Part shown: piece by piece, positions 53,640-64,000 of the stretch
Layout of the letters: each line of letters starts with the position of its first letter
Position numbering within the stretch: the stretch's first letter is position 1
From: Carcharhinus amblyrhynchos
Lineage: Eukaryota
Reading direction: 5' to 3'
NCBI GenBank assembly: GCA_965287045.1
Contig: OZ336870.1
Span: 133,672,001-133,736,000, forward strand
Length of the DNA stretch: 64,000 bases
Program-made: the position numbers and the translations under genes
The notes under the pieces: model-generated
What the model was told of the DNA's origin: nothing
The model's input: the letters and a program-made list of their open reading frames with translations, nothing else
Databases searched by the model: none

Positions 53640-55210
53640 CTATAAATAATGGGAGAATCTATAGAAATATTTGTTTTTTTCAATGGAATTCAGTGAAGTG
53701 TCTCATAAGAAAGAGCTTATTAAACAGTCACAGGGCTCATAAGATGAGGGAAGTATGGTTTCATGGATTGAGGATTGGCTAATGAACAGAAAGCAGTGGA
53801 GAAGAATAACCTAATTTTTGGCGTGGCCAGCTGTAACTAGCTGGGTGCAACAATGCTTGTGCCTCAGCTAGTTTCAATTGATGCCAATGAATTAGATTGG
53901 AGAAGATGGTATAATTTATCTGAATTTGATTTTACAAATCTAGATGGGAAAATAAGCTGAGGTGGTTGAATAAAGGCTGCAAAATGATGTCAGCAGATTA
54001 AGTGATTGGGCACAGGTGGAATATAATTTGAAGAAGTGTTAAATTATCCATTTTCCTAGAAAGAATAGAAAGGCAGAGTATTTTTCAAAAGGTGAAAGAT
54101 CAGAAATGTTTCCTGAGTGTCCTTGTACATGCAAGTACAGCTAGGAATTAGAAGAGCAAATAATATGTTAGCCTTTATTGGAAAGGGATTGGCATATGAG
54201 AAGAAAGGAATCTTATTGCAATAATACAGAAGTTTGGTGAGGTCACACTTGGAGAATGGAGTATAGCCTTGCTTGTCTTACATAAGGAAGGATATATTTA
54301 CTTGAGAGGGAGCGCAAAGTAAGTTTACTAGACTGAATCTTAAGATGAGGTGATTGTGCAGTGAATGGATGAGGCCCTGTATGCTTCGAAATTTCGAAGA
54401 ATATGAGATAAGCTCATTGAAACATATAAATTTTTTAAGAGGTTAGATGTTGGGAGAGTATTACCCTGACCAGAAAGTGTAGAGATTTCAGGATATGGGT
54501 GGCACAGTGGTTAGCACTGCTGCCTCACAGCACCAGGGACCTGGGTTGAATTCCCAGCTTCAGTCACTGTCTTTATGGAGTTTGCACATTCTCCCCATGT
54601 CTGTGTGGGTTTCCTCTGGGTGCTCTGGTTTCTTCCAACAGTCTGAAAGATGCACTGGTTATTGACCATGCTAAATTCTCCCTCACTGTACCCAAATAGG
54701 TGCCAGAGTATGGCAACTAGGGATTTTCACGGTAACTTCATTGCAGTGTTGATGTAAGCCTACTTGTGACTAATAAATGAACTTTAACTTTATAAGGGGT
54801 GAACTATTTTGGACTGAGATGAGGAAAAGTTTTTTTCCACCCAGAATGTTATGGATTATTAGAATTTCCTTTCAGTTGTTGAATATCCTCAGAGTGAGAT
54901 TGACAGATTTTTGGTTACTAAGGGAATCAGGAAGTATGGGGAGAGGGTGGGAAAGTGGATCTGATGAGGAAGTGTAGCCATGATTTTATTGATGGTGGAT
55001 CAGGCTCAAGGGGCTGTGTACTTCGGTTTAAAGGATGGTAGAAGCGTGAAGCTCTCTTCCACCAAAATCAGTAATAATTTTTAACATCAGAGTTTGCTAA
55101 CCAGTTGTTGTAAAGAATGTGTTGATGAAATTAGGATACAGATGATCTATGTCCTCTTCGAATAGTGAGTGGTATAGGCTTGAGGAGCTAAATGATCTAC
55201 TCCTGTTTTA
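53640..55210 (+). mobile_element. Old CR1 interrupted by an HE1-related SINE (54497-54792)
   Basis: WIEDWLMNRKQ, RLSDWA, KANNMLAFI, RSHLE remnants; SINE with alternative tail. Confidence 0.88.
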
Positions 55211-57244
55211 TACTCCAGTGAGAGCCAAAACAGTTTGTTAGGATAGAGGCCAACAATTTTCATTGCATCACTGGCTGATGACACCTTTTCAGCATTTTAG
55301 CCAGAAGCTGAAGAAAGGTTTAGCAAACTGACCATTAAAATTTTCCGTTGCCCTTTCCAGTATCAAGAAGCCCTCAAATGTAGCCTGGCAAGAGTTTGCA
55401 TGGTTATAATTATTTCCTGCATTCTTTATAGTTTGAACATTTTTGATTGAGCCTCCAAGTGATGAAAATGAGGAGGAAGGAGTAGTGAGACAGATTCCCT
55501 GCTCAAGACAAACATGGTCATGTAAGAGAGAAAGTGAGCCCAGACACTTGACTGACAGCATATGTGCAATCAGATTGAAGATAATCATCAACTTCTTCCA
55601 GCAAAGAGGGCATCCTCCACCTGTATTACCCATTAAACCCAGAAATCCATATGTTTATTTCATCTTATCATTTTATAATGCTCTACTGGTGCTGCTACTT
55701 ATCAATGTAAGTACCCTTTCTGGCTTTTCACACTTCACCCTAACCTTTTCTACAAAGTTCTACTTCAGTGCTGGCATGTGGTACAGTTGTGACTGGGAAT
55801 AACATTGCAGCTCTTGAAGATAATCTCAGTGAAACTAGTATCTTTGTGGGATATATCTACATATTCATTGCAAACCACTAGTTCTGAAAACAGTCTCATT
55901 TTGATGAATGTTCTGCATCAGAGCAGGCCATGGAATCCCAAAAAGTTTCTAAAAGATCAGAGCCAAGATGCTCATACGTCCATCTTTGGAAGAGGTCATT
56001 ATTAGTATTTCAGCAGAGACCTCTGTTCTTTAGTGCCCCTTCTTGGTATTTTAGATCTCTGTGTTGATTTCCTGGATTGCCACAGTCATTGGGGTCCCTA
56101 ATTTTATGTTATATTTGCTGCTTTGTAACATCAAAGTGTTACCAGCTGCATCACGTAAGAGTAGGTTGTCTCTATCGCCTGGGACAGTGCCAGACTGAGA
56201 TGTTACCATTGGCAGGAGAGGCATTGGCCAATTAACAGCCACTTAAGGACCTCATCCACCTGCACCTAGTACATTACATTCAGTAAGCTGGTCATTTTAG
56301 CTCTGGTGGCTGTTGTGCAACGGAAGGAGATCTACTTTGGGGCCCCTGAACCAATTCAAGGCATCCCATCAGCCTTCAATTGGCCAACAGCACTCTAAGG
56401 GTCCCAAATTGTTGTGGAGCAGCCATCATAATCATGGGCGTGTACCCCCTGCGCAACCTTTCAGCCAGTGGAGGGGGAGCAAGTGGTGATAGGAGTGCTT
56501 TGTAAAATTCAACCCACAATCTACATTGCTAATTCTTTATGGGCTGGGCCCCTAAAATCTTAGTACTTGAACTCCTCAGTTGAAAATAGCAGCCACATCA
56601 ACAATGTAGTGTGTTTCTGATCCCTTCCCTTTGACAAAGAGAGAAATATATGACAAAACAGAAATTTCAAACACAAATGTATTGGAAAAGTTTCAGCATG
56701 AGAATTACCTGATGCATTTTTGTTTGAAATGAACAGGCATCAGTTCAACAATTACATTCAGTTTGATTGTAACCACCTCAACCCTCTCCCCAACCCCAAT
56801 CCATGAAGTTTTAGGATAATATTGGTCATGCAGTGCAGATCAATCAAGCAAAAGTTAAGTAAGATTCAAGACCATCCAATAGCTGTCATTTATCTTAGCA
56901 CCAGTCACTTGTGAAGACATTGGGTAATAAATTGATGGTAGTTGATACCCATCAGTTCCTTTCCTTAGAGTATCTGGAAACATTACTTCAATGGCTTAAT
57001 TGAACAGCTACATGACTAATGATATCTAAGATAGCATGTAGATTCAAGCATTTTGCAAGGTAATAACACTGTTGACATTGACAAACTACATAAAATTTTG
57101 ATTGTCTTTCATTCCACATCAATCCTAATCCAATACCTCCTAGACAGCAACTGTTTGCAAAAAACTGGGATTTTGTCCTTCTAACTATTTGGGTAGTTTA
57201 AAGTGGACAGGAAAACCATATTTATAGCATTTAATCTAACATGC

Positions 57245-57785
57245 TTTTTTAATTCATTCATGGTTAGTGTTAGCAAGCCTAGCATTTATTGTCTATCGCT
57301 AACAGCCCTCGAGAAGGTTGTGGTCAACTGCCTTTTTGAGCCATAGTGGTCACTGTCATTTTTTAAGGTTAATTTATGGGCTATGGGCGTCACAGGCTAG
57401 ACCAGCATTTATCGTCCATTCCTAGCATGATATGAGGAGGTTCTGAAGAACAAAGAAACCTTGGTGTGTTTGTCCACAGAACTCTGAAGGCAGAAGGGCA
57501 TTTTGGAGAAGAGATGAAAAAGGCATACGGAACACTTGCCTTTATCAGTTAAGGCATTGATTACAAAAGCAGGGAGGTCATGTTGGAGTTGTAGAGAACT
57601 TTGCTGAGGCCATAGCTGGAGTGTAGTTCAGTTATATGTAGTTTTGGTCGCCACATTTCAGGAAGGATGTGATTGTATAAGAGTGGGGCAGAGGAGAGAA
57701 TATTGGGGAAACATTTAAGTTATGAAGAGAGGTTAGACAGACTTGGGTTATTTTCATTGGAGCAGAGAAGACTGAGGAGTGACTT
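57245..57785. mobile_element. Two minus-strand LINE 3' ends followed by a plus-strand CR1 fragment
   Basis: AGCATTTAT..CCT motif twice; KKAYGTLAFI..SYEERLDRLGLFSLEQRRL. Confidence 0.8.
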
Positions 57786-60700
57786 CCAGGCTATGACTGC
57801 CCTCCCTTAACCAACTGCCAAGCTGTCTTTGACATTTGCTGCTTACTGACAGCATGTAAATGAGGTTGGAGCTTCATTATTGATAGATGGCAACTGAGTT
57901 CCACAAGCTAATCATATACTGAGTAACTTAAGTTAAAATATCCCCGAATGAATGAATCAACAGTCAGTGTTCACTTTGATAGTCAATGAATGATTAAAAA
58001 TACCTTTGTGCACCTTATATATATATATATTAAATATACACCAGTATTTAAAATGATAAAGTATAAATAAGACCTAATAACTTTAAAGCTGTCATCAAAT
58101 TTTTGTATTAGGATCTTTATGGTGAAGCTTTTAAACATTTTAGTTTTATAAAAGGTGGAAGTGAGGAGATTCTGAGCCTGAGGAATGTGGAGTTTTTCAT
58201 TATTGACTTTTGCAACTGAACAAAGGCAATGTTCCAACAATATAGTGAATTTACTTCACAAAAAAAATCATGTGAAACCAATGCCAGATATATTAGAAGT
58301 TTCCTCAATGTATTAATCTTTGAGATTCAATGCTCTTGCACATATTCAGGGAATAAAATCCTGTCAGAGATGGCTCCCATTACTAAAAGTGGCCCAAACA
58401 ACAGCAAAGCAATGCTACAAGAAGCAACTCCCTCCATAAGTTTGGTCATTAAGAGTATCGTTGATTCCTTAAAGGCATGCTTTCATTGCCTAGGCAGGTC
58501 AGGCATGTACAATTGTAGCCTGGTGTGGTCTTTAGAATTGTGCTTTGAAAAAAATGTGGATTTTGGCATTGCCTGCTTGAAGGCTTGAATTCTATTGGAA
58601 GTAGAACTACAAAGATGATACATTCACAATGACCTGAATGCAACAGATTCCACATTTTCTGCTTAGTCACACATCAGAAAATATCTCATCACCAAAGTTG
58701 GTCTTGGCTGTGTAACACCATTGACACCAGAGTCTTACCACCTTCTCTCCCATTTTTGAAGTAAGGGATATTTCCTTAAATCACTTCCCATCTTCAACAC
58801 AACATCTCAATCATCCTTCTTCCTACATGACTCTGCCAATAATCATCACTAGATTCAATAACTCATCAAATGAAGGTATCATTCTGTCTGTTTCTACGCT
58901 CCTTTATTAATAGACTGAGATGCCAGTGAACAGGAAAGATAGTTCAGAAAAAAATAATGTGCTTCTCTTGGTTTCCTGCACATGCTTTGCATCTATTCCA
59001 GTGCTTCTGTTAAGCATATATTGAGAGGCTACATCATGAGAGATGATTGTCTGCATAAAGGAGAATCAAACTGAAAAAAAGTCTTTCTCTTATGATAGCT
59101 AAAACAACTTTCTTTTCTCATGATTCTCTTTTTTTTGTCCCACAAAATCTGAATTGAATGTAAAATAATAAGCTTTGCAGTCTATACATATATCTGAGCA
59201 GAAATGTTAACCCTTGTCAGTTGAAACATTTAGATATCTTTTAGGTCAATATTTTCATGCTACTCATAAACGTTAATAGAAGTGTATTTGCTACACCCAT
59301 AAATTAACCAGAAATGGGGTTAAAGTTTGGAAAATCCACATCTTTGTTTAAACGTGTAGAGAGGGACTTTAAACAGTCAGTGCTGGGGCATTTCGAATTC
59401 ACAAATTCATGAAGCTGCCACCAGTTGGATGAAAGAAGAAGCATTCTGTTCCTTAACATTAACGTGCCTGATAAATCAAAATAGAAAGGAAAAGTGCTTT
59501 GAAAGTTAGGATTCTAGTACTCACCTGAGTGCTGTCATCAATGATATATGTTGGTTGTGAGACCCATAACCTGAGACAACCTGGTGCATCAGTTCCAGGT
59601 TATAAAGAAACAATTGAAAATAATTTGCTGACTCTGAAATTACATGCTATTACATGAAATTACATTGTTTAGAATTTTCTGTGAGTGAAGGACTGACTCC
59701 TAATGCTCCTTCTGATTGAAGTGTGCAATTGTTATGTATCTTGAAGGACATCAAGGGCAACTGTTTGCTTATCAGGCATTAGGTGACCAAATTCATAGCA
59801 GAAAGCTCTGTTGCATCACAAAAGTATATGCATTGCTTGCATGTGATGTCATAAGTTCACAAGAGTTACAAATGAGGATGGTCAGTCAGCCCATATTATT
59901 CTTCCCAGAAAATCTTTTAAAGTTCTAAATATATCAACATCCAATTGATTTTAAAAGGATCTGGGCTTTTCATATCCACCAGTCTTCTATGAATTTCTGT
60001 GATTCCTTCTAAATTTATCTTTCGCTAGTTTGCACCCATTCTCGCTATTTGTTAAAGTAATTTTCTGAATTTACCTTTTTCCATTCTATAGTTTGTGTAA
60101 GATCACCTTACAGTATTTCCTTTTGAGGCTTTAATCTAACTCTAAAAGGAAACTGAAACTATTGGATTGGCCATCCGCTTTACCTCCCACCCAGTAAAAT
60201 CAGGCAGAGTGTAAAAGGTGAAGTATGAAATGACTGAGTGATTCTGATTCCATTGGTTTTCCCTTTAAATCAAGTCACTATTTACCAAGGAGTAAAGTTT
60301 TCCTTTGGATTCATTTTGGGAATTGGGCACATAATATTCTCAAAAATGTGCTGGGTAAGTTAGAGTTAAGATTTCAACAAAAATTCATTGCTGAATCATA
60401 AATATGCAATCTTCCATGAACCAGGAAGATTGAAGAAAATAATAGAATGTAATTTTTTTTTGTATTTTGTTTTGAAAGGTGCAATGTTAACAGTGTCAAT
60501 GTGAGATACGTTTTAAACAAAGTTGAGACTAGGTTTATCATCAAAAATATATTGAGTCCACTTATCCAAAACCTGATTTAAAATCAATGAAAATTACTTT
60601 AAAAAAAAATGAAAGATTTAGTAGTTCCATTGATATAGACTAGTCAGTTTCTGAATAATGCCATGATTGCTACACTTTATAAGATGTTTATGTTTCAAAC

Positions 60701-62309
60701 TCTCTCTCTTAAATTGAACAGAATATCCTGGAATGTGGGGTGGTGTGAAGTTGTAATGAATTCTGCCTGGTGACAGACCCATGCGATCTGGTTGCCATGG
60801 GGATGGACTCATGTCAAGCCATATTAAAAATAAGATGCCAGATGTAACATTTGGACACACAAGAGAAAGCAGCTGTTCATGCTACTTAAGATTTATAAAA
60901 TCTGAGGCCAGCAGACTGAAGGTTGTTATGCCAAAGAGAAGGAAAGGAGTGTTTTTGAGTTAATCACCCTGCAAACTACTGGTGAGGACAGAACTCTTGC
61001 TTGAGGGAACAAGCTTACTGTGGAGAATTGAAGGCCAAAGAATCACCAAAGGATCCCTTGTTGCTAGAAGTCCATTCACATATATTCTGAAGATTAAAGG
61101 ATTTAAAAGGACTCTGGAAGATACATCCTCATGTAGCAGGAAGAAGAGCGTCCACTACAACCAGGAGACATTTAGGATTCTTAATACAATTCTATGTTGC
61201 TAAGAATGTGCTGTAATGTACAAACATAATGTGGGATTTTTGGCTGTATTAAAAAGTTTGGTGAATGCCTTGCCTGTGGTTTGGTGGATGAATTTCATCC
61301 TAAGTAATGTTGATTTTAGTTTGTTTACAGTAAAAATCATAAAACTCAAAATCTTGTGTGATTCCTTTATGCTGGTCACTATGAAATACCTAGTAGTGCC
61401 TCTGCATCGAAGGAAATGAGTCATAAACAATTATTGGTGGGAATTTCTCAACTTCAGTCTGTGGGCACGGCTGTTTTGGTGGGTGGGGTCAGATTTGGAT
61501 GAATTGAGCCTTAAGGAACTGAGCAAAGAAAAACAGAAAACATGAACATGTGTTTTTGGCTGTAATTCACACATCATTACAATTTCCCAAATTTTTGTGC
61601 AGCTTCAGCTAATTCTTCCTGGGTTGTGCTGATGCTCAAATGTAATCATGAGGAAACTCCATCACAAAAGTCCACATTCTCGTAACATGCTTGTTTTGAT
61701 ATGTATGTTGTAAATTGGCTTTTAAACTGTTTGAGCAATCACTGTTTGCTTTGTTTAGTTAAACATGAGGTAATGGCCCAGAATTTGCTGTAGCTGGTCA
61801 ATGAACAGTGTCCACCATTCATTAGAGTTACCCTTGTCCATTTAAATTCCAAGAGATTTGGCACTGGAAGTGTGAGGGGGGAAATGCTGCGGAGGGAGGA
61901 TCTCAAATGGACATCATTAGCTAATTTGAAGATTGTGGAATGGTTAGCACAGATTCTGAACAGAAATGCAAGTTAGTAAATTACATTTCAAATAAGATAC
62001 TGATACCAATGAAAAGAGCGAAAGAAAATATAAAAGAAAAACACTAAAATGTAATTGAAAGAAAATTTCAAACAACTATTAAAGCAATGATGTTCCACAA
62101 TTGTAATAGTTAAGTTTCAGTGCTATGAAAATTGTTTCGTAACAAATTACGCGTGTGTTATTAAAAAGGGTTACAGACTGAAATGGGAAAGCCAAGCTTA
62201 TTTTGCATATATCTTGCAAGTGCATAAATTTCATGTGGTGTATTGTATGTAAACGATGAAGGTCACAATGAGATGATACTTTTGCAAAGCTAATGAGCAA
62301 GTCAGAGGC

Positions 62310-62865
62310 TGGGAATTCTGTGGTGAATAACTCACTTCCTGACTCCCCGAAGCCTGTCCACCCATCACAGGTCACAAGTCAGGAATGTAATAGTACTCTC
62401 CACTATGTTGGATGAGTGCAGCTCAAACAGCACTCATGATGTTTGATGCTATTCCACAAAAAGCAGCCCAATTGATTGGCACCCCATCCACCATTTTAAA
62501 CTTTCACCCCCACCTCCAATAATGTACAATGGCAGCAGTGAGTACCATCTACAGGATGCACTGCAGGAATTTAACAAGGCTTTTATGACAGCATCTACCA
62601 AATCTGTGATGTCTACCACCAAGAAGGACTAGGGCAGACGATGCATGAGAATATCACCACCTGCAGGTTTCCTCCAAGGCATGCGTCACCTTGAATTGGA
62701 ACTATATTGCTGTTCTTTCAGTGTCACTGGATTAAAATCCTGGAACTCCCTTCTGAACAGTATTATACACGTACGTGTACCACATGGGTTGGCAACAGTA
62801 CAAGAAGGTTGCTTGCCACCATTTTCTAAAGGGCAAGCCAATGACACTGACATCCTGTGAACAAG
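62310..62865 (+). mobile_element. CR1/L2-clade LINE 3' half inside a MITE-like element (~61775-63022)
   Basis: Reverse complement of the family at 47625-48370; host ends GGCCCAGAATTTGCTG / GCAGGGAAACCTGGGCC. Confidence 0.8.
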
Positions 62866-63655
62866 TGAAAGCAAAGGTGGAATGGCATATTGCGGATAGC
62901 AACTCGCAGATTTTTGCATTTAATTACTCACCTACTCATGCTTGAACTTTCTGTATACTTTGCACGTTAGTAACAATGAGTTCCTTAAGCCTCATTATAA
63001 TTTTGGCAGGGAAACCTGGGCCAAATTAATTCATTATTTTGAATCTGATTGCCAGTATTGGACAAGTCCAATTAGTCATGAGAAAGGTACGTAAGTGGTT
63101 GGATTTTTTTCGGTGTTATCAGTGGGTATATAATTTTCACAGGAAAAAGTAAAGGGGGTGAATCACTTGTGTTTTCTCCTAGGATGTTTTGGAGTATGTT
63201 CCAGCCTTCTTTACTGCATTCTTTTTCTTATATTCATTCTTCATCTAATTAGCCATTGAAGTTGTGTAGGTGAATAGCCTTCGTCCAGGCTGTTGGGAAG
63301 GCCAGTGATAACCCTTTTTCACTGCCTGCCTCCACTTGATGCAACACAATGAAGCTCATGTTAGGAGATGAGAGGTATGACTCCTGACCCTGTGTATCTT
63401 TCCATGCCACTGAGTGTTATATCCTAACATTCATCAATGGCCTGGTGTGTGGTAACACAGCAAAACTGTATCACATAATTGCAGGTGTAATGTCCACTAT
63501 GTTCCTTCAACTGAAATCAGTTTGTTTTTGTGTGTAACCAGAACAGGTGTACAATGATGTCGATTTCAATATTAAAAGTGTAAACAGCACAAAGGCTGCT
63601 GCTGACATGCACCTTTTAGTAACACAAATTAATGAACATTATCTGTTTTCACTAG

Positions 63656-63861
63656 GAGGAAAGGTTTATCACGATTGGAGAGGACGTATATCACAAGATT
63701 CCCATGGAACTTATTCTGTTGTAGTGATGGAACCAGCTCCCCAAACAGCGTGGCCTAAAACTAAGGTTTCAAAAGCTAGAAAACAGATGTCAAAACCACA
63801 GAGCAATGTGAAAAAAGCTCTCGACTCCATCGTACACCGAAAGGACAACGTAGACCAGAGG
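63656..63861 (+). CDS. Candidate exon (GGKVYHDWRGRISQDSHG...KDNVDQR), phase 1-0
   Basis: Acceptor ctgttttcactAG, donor GTATGA, 206 nt open frame within ORF 63547-63867; phase-compatible with 30357. Protein not recognised. Confidence 0.55.
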
Positions 63862-64000
63862 GTATGAGAGAATTGCTTGTAGATGAGTCATACTGTTGTC
63901 AAGGTTGGGTATGGTTATCTCAAGACTATTTTATTTTAGAAATTATAATAGCATGAGAGAATCACTTAATTTTTTAAACCGAGTTTTTTAGGCAGAAATT

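Larger units (their letters stand above)
41980..58680 (-). pseudogene. Endogenous viral element copy 3: decayed near-full-length Mononegavirales-like L gene, interrupted by TEs
   Basis: Collinear motifs: FFCEVNSL/LEHCLCS (~58265-58220, CR I); IKMRLFSEL (~55900); LFPVTTV..VELCRK (~55800-55745); D/ISGFNG*YRW (~55650-55615, cf. RSV DLSKFNQAFRY); GYI/EGFL/YWK (~55386-55352, motif B); SASDAMKIV (55272-55267, GD remnant); AGGLGVM*L (~53495-53470); LVHHFK (~53085, cf. copy 2 LQHHFK); VGTPAYCTIHQY (~52277-52243); THAG and LMDP* (~51760, ~51645); SAGTLTDR (~51175); MSVYK and GE (~42880-42835); GLCIKIF (~42145). Confidence 0.75.

Overview
Vertebrate genomic DNA, almost certainly from a cartilaginous fish (shark): it is dense in CR1 LINEs, HE1/V-SINE-type tRNA SINEs, Penelope-like elements, RTE/Rex1/L2 remnants and MITE-like repeats. 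The non-repetitive sequence between these repeats does not read as random intron. Manual translation of the minus strand, allowing stops and frameshifts, gives three tandem, same-orientation, heavily decayed copies of a Mononegavirales-type L (RNA-dependent RNA polymerase) gene at about 30720->8510, 39060->32770 and 58680->41980. RdRp, capping (PRNTase) and methyltransferase motifs occur in the expected order and the copies match each other at several blocks. A phase-consistent chain of seven plus-strand GT-AG exons runs across the window; six lie inside the span of the first L copy on its antisense strand, suggesting exonisation of a viral fossil or an antisense EVE-cluster transcript. All viral assignments are by-eye alignments to remembered VSV/measles/Ebola/RSV L motifs and need confirmation by a profile search. 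Repeat boundaries are approximate unless a target-site duplication is given.
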